From Octopus sinensis (taxonomy: Eukaryota), in NCBI RefSeq assembly GCF_006345805.1, contig NW_021833026.1, positions 620,001 to 684,000 on the forward strand: 64,000 bases of DNA, in the 5' to 3' direction. The notes below the pieces were generated by a model. That model was not told the DNA's origin, did no database searches, and was given only the letters and a program-made list of their open reading frames with translations. Every line of letters begins with the position of its first letter. Within the stretch, counting starts at the first letter, position 1. This document shows, in pieces, positions 25,262 through 36,399 of this stretch. The position numbers were made by a program, and so were the translations under genes.

Positions 25262-25343
25262 TTCAATGTAAACTATGTAGGTCACCTTGTAAAGTATGTA
25301 GGCCAGCAGGTTACCATCCTGGTCGCCAGCGTGAAATGCGACA
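25262..25343 (+). mobile_element. Solo right end of Ginger2-like element
   Basis: AAACTATGTAGGTC...TGGTCGCCAGCGTG.....GCGACA matches 22200-22272. Confidence 0.7.
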
Positions 25344-25364
25344 TATTGTGTCAGAATCTATCAC

Positions 25365-25600
25365 TATAACCTCTCACCAAGCTCCTCTATATCCTCCACT
25401 ACCTACACCCTGACCTTCTGTCAAATCTTGATTTCTTTTTGAAGACTTGTGTGGAATCAATCCTGAATATTCATTTTGACGGAATCGAGTAAATCGCGTA
25501 AACATAACGGACCCTCTTTAGAATTGGACTCCGCTTGCTAGTGATCTCGCCCTTCAACTTCATTTCTTCTCACTATTCAGTACCCGTGGGTTAATCCAAA
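25365..25600 (+). mobile_element. Degenerate CRE post-RT fragment
   Basis: LTKLLYILH...KTCVESILNIHFDG. Confidence 0.55.
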
Positions 25601-26389
25601 AGATTTGACTCTCCATTCTCGATAACCTTATCAGCTTCGATAAGTTTCATAACTTGAGAGAAGATTTCTGTACATTTCATGTATTATGCCAAAATATATG
25701 GCACTGGATTCCCGAATTATTTTCTATTCATTAAATTATATAAAGATACTACATGCTTCAATCAATTAACCCAATCATATCCTTGAAAACAGCCATGCGT
25801 TCTGAAAACCCGATGGCAATGTTGGATCCAAAAATCTAGATTTTCATTTTATTGTCCAGATCTAAATTGTTAGTAAAAAGCATATTAATGCTTTCATAGT
25901 GTTCGGGATAATTTCTCCGCCTCACCTCCTAGGCTACCACGACTCCACCCGTGTACGGAATGGCAACACTAACAAAATTATTTTCCAAAATAACGAGGCT
26001 ATAACCGCTTTATATGGCTAAGCTCATCTATACCCTCTACTACCTCCCTTGATTGTTGAAGATCTTCTTATAGCCGACATTTAGAGAAAGATTGCTTCTT
26101 TTATATGTGAGATACAGGAATCATCATGACTCTGGCAAAGAATTTTGATTCTCATTCTTTGTGGGAACATTTAAGCAACTCTCTCTGCATATAAATGAGT
26201 CTTTTCTTGCTTTAATAAAGAACTTAATTTAAAAAAATTACGTCATCCAAAAATTTTTTCAAAGTAATAGAAATTAGTTTGAAATGAATGAAAAATATAT
26301 TCAGTGTCATAAGGAAGTCAGCCTCATGTTTGTCGCTGCTAGAATTTGTCGATTCTAAGGAACTTGACTCTCTGTTGCAAACTAAATGT

Positions 26390-26510
26390 GGATAAATCCG
26401 TGTTAAACGACATTGTCAAAAGAGGCCTGGACTCAGCAGGCTTTCATTCTGTGGGTCTCGATCCGAAGACGGGAAACGTTTCAATGGATTACTGCGGTTA
26501 AGAACATGTT
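26390..26510 (+). mobile_element. Degenerate CRE RLE fragment
   Basis: LNDIVKRGLDSAGFHS..VGLD..DGKR. Confidence 0.6.
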
Positions 26511-26739
26511 CCCCAATTGAATATTGTGGTCAGAATTAACAAACACTGGAATAGAAGAATTAAGAATGATAGGATTATGTATTTTAAATGCTACAACATT
26601 TTTAAAACTCTAAATGTTTTTTGCAATTTAGTATTTGACTTATAATTATTAACTTTTGTAAACGCTTTTCACATCTTCATCTTTCTTTTTGGTAACATTT
26701 TTAAAATTTTTTTATTGATTTTGTTTTTATTAGTTTGGA

Positions 26740-27540
26740 GGCTTGCTAAGTTGGGCATTGGTCCAATTCTAGTGGCACGGTAAGGCCAGTACTGAAACAT
26801 ATTACATCAAGTCATAAGTGCTTTTGATTCTATTAAGAATGCGTTTATTCAGGCATCATCTTGTAAGTGTGTCGCAAAAAACAGACTTACCAGACGGTGC
26901 AGATTAAGCGAAGGTTTCAAGTTTTCGAAGAACTCTGCGGACTAATAATATTCTGATTATTTTTTGTTCATAATCCAAGTGATTTTGTCACGAATAAATG
27001 TTGTCAAAATTTCTGACAGACTCCTAGTCTTCTCATTCTTATACAATAAATTTTACTCCCGGTGATCTGTCAATCGGAAAGGATGGTTTGGAGGATATTT
27101 TATTTGTGTTTTTTTATTGATCCATTTTAAGGATCACTGAAAGAGAATAATATAGAAGGCCTACAGGATACCTACAATTTTTTAAAAGTAAAGTCTAAAC
27201 AAGCAGACTCTATATTTGTGTGACATACATTGAGAAAGAGTATAATCAATTATTTATGACTAAAAGTACATTTCCGTTCATATTCTTTTGTTTTCTGTAC
27301 TGAATTGTATAATTGATTCAATTTTCTTTTAAAGGTGAGGTCATTTGATTCAAAAGGGCTTGCAAAATGGAATTTGCAGATTGACAACGAACAGTCACTT
27401 TGAATGCTTTCCTTTATTTTAGTGGTCGAATTGGGCCTTTTGTATTTTGAGGTTTCTATAACAGTCTTGCTAGGTGTTTGGGATGGTTGAGGATCGTAGT
27501 GCATAGACAAACATTTTGGTCTGATTCCACTTCCTATCAC
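26740..27540 (-). pseudogene. Unidentified coding remnant, 5'-truncated by the repeated block at 27541
   Basis: 96-aa open stretch 27250-27540 plus downstream GT-AG mini-intron-like pairs; not identified. Confidence 0.3.
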
Positions 27541-28222
27541 TATTAATTGGTTGTTTTCCACTAGTTGAGAAGGGGAACATTTTTTGACATTATTGCATAT
27601 ATATGTATTTTGTTTATTTAATATTTTGATGTCATTTTTTAATATATTTCCCTTTTTTGTATTAATTTTTACAAAGTGGTTTAAACTAGAATTTATAGTT
27701 TGATAAATACCGATTTATATTAAATACTGAGGACATGTCCGTGTGTGAAAAAGGAAACATCACCTAAGCGGTTAATAAAAGAGAAAATATAATTATTGTA
27801 TTTTTAATATCTATTTAAATGTTAGAATATAACTAAAAAAAATTTAATATTTATTTTATGTAAATTAAAAGTAAGTCATCTTGCTGCTTAATTCCTCTGG
27901 TTTTCGAGACCAGTGGGATAATTGGACCCAAAGCGCTCAAACTCCTCTCAGAGATTGGTTTAATCATCTCGAGAAGGAGTCACGACAGTCGTGAAACGAG
28001 CTGGCTTTTTCAGCGGATATCGTTCGCGATATTACGTGGAAATTGCCTGCCCATTCTGTGGTCTCCTCGGCGACTTATTTAGTTTAGTTAACTTCTCTTT
28101 TTTCATTTTTAATTAAAAGTATTTGGTTAAAGAAATTCAAAATAAAGTAAGTCATTAACTGGTAAACTTGATGCGGACATGGATTTTTTCTTTCAGGAAT
28201 TTCATTTCATTCATCAAGTAAA
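27541..28222. repeat. Repeated AT-rich block, left part (copy at 38103-38505)
   Basis: TATTAATTGGTTGTTTTCCACTAG... near-identical at 38103. Confidence 0.9.
27880..28143 (+). mobile_element. 5'-truncated 264-bp CRE insertion with 12-bp TSD
   Basis: FETSGIIGPKALK...ETSWLFQRISFAILRGNC; AAAGTAAGTCAT at 27868-27879 and 28144-28155; empty site at ~38430. Confidence 0.88.
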
Positions 28223-28224
28223 AT

Positions 28225-30322
28225 GATGTTCAAACTAGAAAGAAAAAAGTAAGCAATTGGGTGGCTAAGGGAATTGTCGAGGGCCTGAGGGTCAGCTCAA
28301 CGATGCCGCGCTGCGTATTGAGTGGCAGTTTCCGCGGAGCACAGCAACCGAGATTCGCTGGAACAGCCAGCTCGTCTCCCTCCGGTCGTTTGTTTTTGTG
28401 GAGATTTTTCTACCAATGGCGGTGAGGAGTTGAGTCGCAGCCTTTCCGACGATTCCAGAGGTTTCGAAGGCGAGGGGGGCAAACTCAAAAGCGTCCGAAA
28501 TACACCGGTATTTCGTCATCTTTGTCTCTTCAGCCAGCGCACTGGCGGAACCGGGTTTGCGACAGTCCTGGGAAGCATTGTCGCCGAAAAAGAGTCGACA
28601 CACGTGGCATCCCAAACCAGGGACTTGCCTTCCCTAAAAGGAAAGGTCGTCATCCCGTCGGGACGCTTGCCGTCGCTCCGGAAAGGCCGACTGGCTCTAG
28701 GGTGGAAGGGAAACCAGCCGACTCTAGAGCCCCTCCTCACAACGTCATTCAGATGAGTGTGACGGGGAATTCTCCCGCACTCTTCTTACACGACAAGCGT
28801 GCAAGCCGTTTGACGAAATTGAGGACCCGCACCGGCAAGAGTGGGGCTGGCAGATGTCCAAACCCAATCGTAAGCTGATCCCAATCCGCAAGGATTCGTC
28901 GTCCAGTAGTAACCCCGTACTAGGAGTGGGGAGAGCTTTGAGCCAGTCACCCGTGTGCGGCTGACAGGCGCAGTTAAGGGTGGCCAGCTGGAGTTGGTCC
29001 GACTTGGAGCGAAGTTTTCGTAATGTTGTCAGCAGAGAATTTCGTCCCAGCCCTTTGAACTGAAGGGATCGTGGGGAAATCAAGGTCGAGTGAGCACCAC
29101 GTACGGCATGCAGATAAGAATTCCGTGAGCTCATTAAGTTCGAGAGAGGAAGTAGAACTGAGCAAACGGAATTCCTGGAAGCCGACATGGATAGAATAGC
29201 AGGGTAGGGCCAGGTCCGCACAAGGGCGGATCCCGATCCCCCCGAAGCGAGTTGGTAAACTGGCACGGTAAAACCGTCACCAGTGAACCTCAAATTGAGG
29301 TGGAATGTTAGCGATTGGTGGACAAGATTATCGATTCTGGATAATGAGTCTGTGGCAGCGAAACACGGGGAGGAACGGAGGATATAGGTCAGTCTGGGGA
29401 CGAAAAGAAAGTTCTTCAACAAGAAAAACGCAAGATGCGAGCCAAGCCCACGGATCCGATCAGTGAGTAGTTTAATTTCGTCCCATTTAGACGATAAGGC
29501 ATTTTCTATGCCATCAGCGGAAATTGGAGAGCCCAAGATAACTAGATCGCTGGTGGGCGTTAGCCTTAACCCAACGATCAGGCTGCTGAGAGAGGAGAAT
29601 GTGTTGCGGAGAGCGGCGGGGCAAGAGAAATGTTTACGAGTTCGCATTTTTCGCCGTAAGAGATAGTCCGATCTTGGAGAAACCGGAAGTGATTCTCTTA
29701 ACGTCTTCCATAACGACCTCTGTAGGTCCACCAATCGTCACTCGTCCAGGTACCAGAAGTTAACAGTGGAAGAAAGGTTCCGTGCAATGTGTTCAACAGA
29801 GAGGGCAAACAGCAATGGGCCCAGTGGGTCACCCTGCTGAATGCCGCATTCTGACATGATGATCTGATCATGGATCAGAAGGCAGCTTGGGGCAGAGTAT
29901 GCCAGCTTACAATTGGGAAGAGAACGGGGCAACGTGCCGAGACCACTTCGAGCAGATGGTCCCGGCGGACGCAGTTGAATGCGTTGCTGACGTCCACTTC
30001 ACGATGAACTTGCAGTCTTCTGGCTTTGACTGACAAGTTGGCGAGTGCCGTGCGCGAGAATTTCGCAGGCACCTTGGACGCCGACACCGTACTGGAAAGG
30101 GAGAAACTCCAGACTCAGGGGGGAACCACCCTGCGGGACATTATCTTGGCCGAGAGTCTCCTGAAAACGTTACCGACCGCAATGGGCTTCACGCCACCAT
30201 CGGCTTTCGACAGGGCAATGAGGCCAGCAGAGAAAAGAAGATCTCTGGCGACGGTTGGAATCTTTTGCAGGCCCGATTCATCAACTGCAAGTGGACTAGA
30301 AACATTCCTGTCAAATCGACGT
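28225..30322 (-). mobile_element. 5'-truncated CRE-like retrotransposon (RT + RLE), frameshifted
   Basis: DGGVKPIAVGN, DVSNAFN, QQGDPLGP, WYLD, KRPDGMT, WDATCVD, LFQRISVAVLRGNC. Confidence 0.92.
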
Positions 30323-30324
30323 TA

Positions 30325-30890
30325 TATTTCGTTTATCCTAGTATCCGGCTCAGTATTACTAAGCTAAGGGAAAATATCAAATATATTTCGACGGTATTCT
30401 GCCTTCATGGCCAAGGAAGTATGTCGAACTTTAAAAATAAAAAGACTTTCAAATTGAGCCTAAAATATTCTGTCTTAGAAAGATCATGCTTCTATTTTTA
30501 CTCAAACTTTTAAACCTGAGAATGAGAATTTGTTTTATATTTAGCCAGGTTGGTTAAATCTTGACTTCCTCCGTGGAAATATGGATTAAAAAGTCACTGA
30601 AAAATTGTTTATATTTTTTACTTGATCAAAAAAGTTGAAGAACTGAGTCCCTCAAGACAAGTTAGGAATAATAAGTGATTCACGTCCGATGGTCTTATCT
30701 TCTGACATTGTTGAAAGGATAGTCAAGAGCTCAAAATTCAGGTCACCGACACCGCGCTGCGTATTGAATGGCAGTGTCCGAGATTTTCTGAAAAAGTTTG
30801 TCTCAGTCCGATCGTTAGTTTATATTAAAAGAAGACAACGTTAATAACGTCGTGCATACAGACAATGCCAACTCTGATTGAGTCGATAAA
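30325..30890. repeat. Repeated block, right part (copy at ~38545-39090)
   Basis: ATCCTAGT.TCCGGCTCAGTATTA... near-identical; contains small CRE 3' scraps. Confidence 0.85.
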
Positions 30891-31860
30891 GAAGACGTTT
30901 TTTATAAATTACTAAAAATCCTAAGAAAATCAATTTTCAACAAAAATTTTATTAACGAAAGCGATTTTTTGAATTTTGACTCATGTGTGCACGTAAGAAT
31001 GACGCAAATCCTATTTTGAAAATAAGAATTCTTACAAAATTTCCTCCAAGTTTTCCTTAATTCATATGCCGCTTTATGAATGAATTCAGAATAAAAGATC
31101 ATTACAAATGGAATACTACAACAAATGGCAATAAAAATTGCAAAAAATTCATTTCCGAATTTTAAAGCTTCAAGTATATGGATTAATTCTTTTAAGAATT
31201 AATTTGGAATAAAATATTGTACTAAATCAGGCAATTAGTCAATCCTGTATTTTTATATCAAAGCCATGCTGATTTTTTATAAAAAATGTCATCTTATAAT
31301 CTCAAAGATGTGTTTAATCGTGACGAAACCGCAGTGTTTTTTTAAACACACGTCATAAGACGTTGACACTACAATCCGAAGTAAGAGCATCGGGAAAGGT
31401 TTATAAGGACAGCCTTACACTTATGTTATGTACCAATTATTTGGAAATAAATTAACCCATTTATCATCGGAAAATCAAAAAATCCTCTTTGGATGAAGAA
31501 TTTGAATGTGAAAAAACTTCTATTAACATATGGCAACAGCAAAAAAGCATGGATGAATTGTATTTTGTTTGAAAATTAAGTGAACAATCTTAATTAAAAA
31601 TGAAAATCGAAACATTCTTCTTACGTTAGACTGCGCTCCTGCTCATTATATTGATAGAAAATACGGTAATATTGATTTTTTCCATTCCCGCAAATACCAC
31701 CTCAAAAATACAACCACTTGACCAAGAAATCAGCAGATCTTTTAAAGTGAACTATGAAAACCTCATGATGAGGAATATTACTTTAACTGAAAGAGAGGAT
31801 ACAATTAACTTTTATGAAAAAATCAGTAACTTAACTAATTGATGCAATACCATTGATAAT
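30890..31860 (+). mobile_element. Degenerate pogo/Tigger transposase (CENP-B HTH + DDE_1)
   Basis: FKASSIWINSFK, VFNRDETAVFF, LLTLDCAPAH, PANTTSKIQPLDQEI. Confidence 0.85.
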
Positions 31861-32485
31861 TTAAGCATGTGATGAAATTACAAGTAACGAAAATTATTTA
31901 AAATTTTCGTTAAAAAAATTCACTGTACTTCTATTAACCGTGTTTTATTTTTTAGAGAATCAATCGATTAATAGGAAAAAATGGTTGCATAATTTGTTAT
32001 TTGTGATGCTTGTAGTCAGTTGTTAGTTTGCGTGTGAACATGCTCATATGATGAGATAGCCAGGTTTATGTAATCAAGATTCCACTTTCTCATTCAAAAA
32101 ACGATAATTTCATGATCAAGCCGTTTTTATTTTTAGTTATTAAATCCGATATTATTAAAACTAATTAACTTTTTTTTCCGAAATACTTTTCTTATCGGCG
32201 ACCTCAGGCAAGTTTATTGTCGAAATTCTTTTTTCACATTTTTCCGTCGTGGGAGCTGTTTCGCTCCTATTCCTAAAGAAATTTATATTCTGAATTCCTA
32301 AAAATTCTGAAGAAAATCTAAAATCAAAAATGTTTGTCTCTAAGTTTTCCATCAAACTTACTAAAAATTAACGTACTTGTAATTAATAATTAACTTAAGT
32401 ATTTTGAGTCTTATGAAGGAAAGAACCCATTGTATTTGAAAGTAAAAACATTGGACTATTCAACATATTAATAAAGGACATTTAT

Positions 32486-34290
32486 TCAGCTGGAGAAATC
32501 AATAATTAGTCTTTCTATCAGACTGGGGAGAGAATTCCACGAAATGTGATGACCCTAGTTTAATCCAAAACGAATCAACCCTGAATGACACTTTCCCCGA
32601 CGAAGAGACCGAAATGAGATAGTGAGACACATTTTGGACATCTACTCTGACTGATAGGGCGTAAGAACTCGGTGTGGTCGAAGATTTACGAATAAGGAAG
32701 TCCCCCACCTCTTTGTTTAGTAATTGCTGGACAGCCTCAGTCCTTGATTTATATACAAACCCGTCACCTGGAAATTTCCGGTTGGTACCACCCATTCGAA
32801 AAGTTGCTTAAACAGACTTTGGACTGGTTTTTTGTATAAATCAGTTTGGCTCTGTTTGGAAATAGTCAAATATACACAATACTTGTTTCCGGTGACTCTT
32901 GGCAAAGACAAGACGTAGGACCCGACATTATTATCCTCGACTAGTCAATAAAACATAAGCATCACCAGAGCAGTCGACGTCTGTGGTTTCCTTCAAGTCC
33001 ATCAGTGCTTGATCCTCCGTCATTGAGTCTCCGGGAAAAAACGTAAACGAGTCTGTCGAGTCGAGAATTCCTTCATCCACATTCCAGTCTTGCTCAGTAA
33101 CTTTTTTTGGCTTGAAAAAGTTTGAGACTTTTTCACGAATGGAAGCGTCTGAAATAGCAAGACAATATACACTTTTTTGGTATGTAGGGAATATGAGCGA
33201 GTTGTTTTTGTTTGTTCGATTAATGATTTTGTCTCTTTTCTGGACAATATCGACAGTCGCATCACTCCGCTTGGCTTTCCGCAAGTTCATATTTTGTAGA
33301 CCTGAAGAATTGGAGTATGCCGGCAATATGCAAAATCTATTCAAATGAGCAGTGGAATAACGCCAGGCACTCGCTTCCGATATCCGTCAAAGGAACTGAG
33401 TCTCCCATTTCCTAGATAAATTTGTCGATAATAAAGTATTAATAATAGCATATGTTCACTTTGTGAGTGAGCTGTAATGCGGCACTAAGTTATGTAACTA
33501 GTTCAGCTCATTGATTACTGAATATTATTAACAAGTCTCACGTCGGCATAAAAAGCTTATATTCTTAATCCGTTTCCCGAACATGACAAATCAAGGCCAA
33601 TTCGATTTTTTGTGGTTGTAAAATCTTGCTTTCCACATTTTGAGAAACGTCGTTGTCTTGTGAGATTAAAATATTTATGTTTATCTAATTCAATTCCAGT
33701 CTTAGTACAAAATAAGCGTCAAGACGTTTTCGTCTTGTAGAAATGCAAAACTGCAGAGGTTGATAATATTTAAATAGTCGATGTCAAAATCGATACAATG
33801 TTCTTGTATTACTACAACTTGTGCATCTGGAGTCTTAATTCGATTATTCTGAGAGAACTAACTTCCATTCAATTGCAAAATGAGTTCGTGTCCACCGCGA
33901 ATTTCTAACCTAGTACTAGCTTGCTCAACTACAGAGAAAGAGCGATTTTTAGTTGACCTTCAAAATTTGTTTTATTAATCAAAAATTACTCATAGTTAAT
34001 TTTAAGGAATTAATTCGGATATTTCTTATTCTTGCTCTTCTTTGTCCGGTTTTGGGAAACAACAGCAAATTTTAGGACCAGTAGAGAAATTGTCATTCGT
34101 AAAAGAAATTTCCAAAGATATGGAAGGCTGCCTTTTTGCGTTTCTATTCAAATAAATCCGAATTTTTAGCATAAAAAACAACTTTCGAATTTTCAAAATA
34201 CTGCAAACGTCATTGATGTCTTTTTTGGATTCGATAATGAATAGGTTAAAGTGGAATTCGGTAAGTAATAAGCCGAGAAAGTCCAAATTA
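32486..34290 (-). CDS. SH2 adaptor with probable N-terminal PTB domain (SHC-like); possibly disrupted
   Basis: C-terminal SH2 SRTEAVQQL..KEVGDFLIRKS.TT.SSYALSV...VSHYLI...WNSLPSLIE (25-nt intron); PTB-like LEIRGGHELILQLNGS...IQEHCIDF at ~33780-33900; some frames need shifts. Confidence 0.55.
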
Positions 34291-34519
34291 GCTTGCAGGA
34301 CGCGGGTAAACTATTAATTGAAGAGGTGATATGTCCTATTTCAGTTTTGTGGGGTTCCTAGTGAAACCGGACGATGGAGGGATTAAACGAGATAGATCAC
34401 CGGTGACCAAGTCAAGGGAGCCCCTGATTGTAATATCGTACAAATATCAGAGCTTGGAAGCCGGCTCCGTCGATAGCGGCAAGCAAGCGGACAAGAGGAT
34501 CGCCATTTATTTAACCCCA

Positions 34520-35010
34520 TTCCTCCCCTGAAATTGCGGCAGATATTAGGTTACCGCGGGGGTTGTTAGGGTTCGATTTTTACCAGGATGTGCTGTGTGC
34601 ATTGAAGTCCCCAACGAGAAAGAGATTATTCATGTCGTTAAAGGTTGCGAGATGTAGATTGTATGAGCGTGCAATATTAGTTGAGGTTGGGGGATGCAGA
34701 TGTTGATTATATTGAGATTGGATTTCATGTTATTTTTTATTTTAAAGGTTGTATCTCGCTTTTTTCACTGAGTTTATGTTTGAAATCGTTTGATGTTTCG
34801 ATATATGAGATATTTTTACTGATGAACGTAATTAGGCCCCCACCGGAGGAGGGTCTGTCAAATCGTATAGTAGAATAATCTGGAATTTTTGGCGTTTTGT
34901 GTTCTTCATTTAATTTGCTTTCTTGTAGATGTTGTTTAAGATAATAAATTTTTGGATTCCGTTGATGTTCAATTGGAGAATATTTATCTTATTCCGACGC
35001 TTTGGACTGG
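34520..35010 (-). mobile_element. APE endonuclease remnant of an I/Jockey-group LINE
   Basis: ILQLNINGIQNK, LQESKL, PDYSTIRFDRPSSGGGL, VGDFNAHSTSW. Confidence 0.8.
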
Positions 35011-35399
35011 AAATAGTGTGATACTTTTAGATCTGCCGGCGGGGGTGTTACCTCGTGAGAGTATTGTGTGCAATTCTTTTGTGGATACTGATGACTCGTT
35101 GACCAGATGAATAACTATTAGATTTGGTTAAGTTTCAAGAAAGAAATGGATCCCACAAGAAATGCAAGGAGATCGTCAAGAAAATAATTATATTAATACA
35201 TCCTGTTTATTAACGGAAATTACTTCTCTTCATTACCAGCTCTAGGAACTGACTCCCTTAAATATGTTTTGCCCAAACGTTGATATGGAAAAAATTTAAA
35301 TATAATCTGGATACTTTAAAAATAAATTGAACAAGTAATCTAAATATTTCATCAATGATTCTGAAAAATAAAAGTTTTTTAATTGAGTATTTTAATTAT

Positions 35400-35700
35400 A
35401 CAAATAGTTGAATTTACGAAGAATGCCAAATTGCAGTAGTAGAAATTTATTTACTACTAAAACATTTTTTAAATTATCTGATTATCTCCAAGAACTGTCA
35501 TTAGAACAGTAAAAAATTTCATCTCTCTTTTAAAAAACGTTTTTGAAAATTTTGAATATTTTTCTATCGCATTCGACAAATTTAGCAAGCATAAAAGAGA
35601 AATACTTCTCAACTTGCCGTATTTGTTTGAGAGATAACTGAAGCATTCTAACAGTTTGTCAGAATTATTTTAATGACGAGTAGTGTACCTTGAATTGACG
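35400..35700 (+). mobile_element. hAT (GTF2IRD2-like) transposase fragment
   Basis: LSPRTVIR...FEYFSIAFD...TSQLAVF. Confidence 0.6.
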
Positions 35701-36399
35701 TTTTAAGGCATTTAATGAAAGCTTTTAATAAAATCCAATTTAAAAATTTGTTAAAATTACGACAGAAGCCCCTCTATGATCGGGAAATAAAATTTTTTCC
35801 TTCAAATTGAAAATCTTTGAAAATGGGTGTTAATATTCGCGTCCTATCATTAGAATTGTTTTTATTAAAATAACATTTTTTATTAATAATTCTTTAATTA
35901 ATCTTAATTTTAAATAGAAATTAAATAGAAAATATAATAAATTCTTTACGCATTTTCCATTTAGTTCGTAGTAACCGTCATTGTTGTGCACGATTAATTT
36001 ATTTTTTTTATAAATTAAGCCACATGTACTTGTGGGTACTTGTGGGTTTACCATGTCGTGCTTTTTTCAGTATTTAGTCGTTTTTATATTTAATTTGGAT
36101 TCAAAGGGAATAATTCGTGATGTAGTTTCTTTTAATGATTAAGTTATTCGAAATTCTATCTTTTTTGTAAAATTTTCCGATTTTATTTCCTTGATCTGTT
36201 TTATTTTACATACCTTGAAATTTCTGAATTACTATTATTTTATTTGTAATTTTTATCTTATTTATCCCTATTTTTGTTTTTTTGTTTTTTTCTCTTACTA
36301 AAAGTGTATTTAAAATAGATATTTATGACCCTATTCAAGTTTAAGATTCTATTTTAAATCTTTTTTTTTTTAAATGACAAATTATTAATCAAAACGAAG

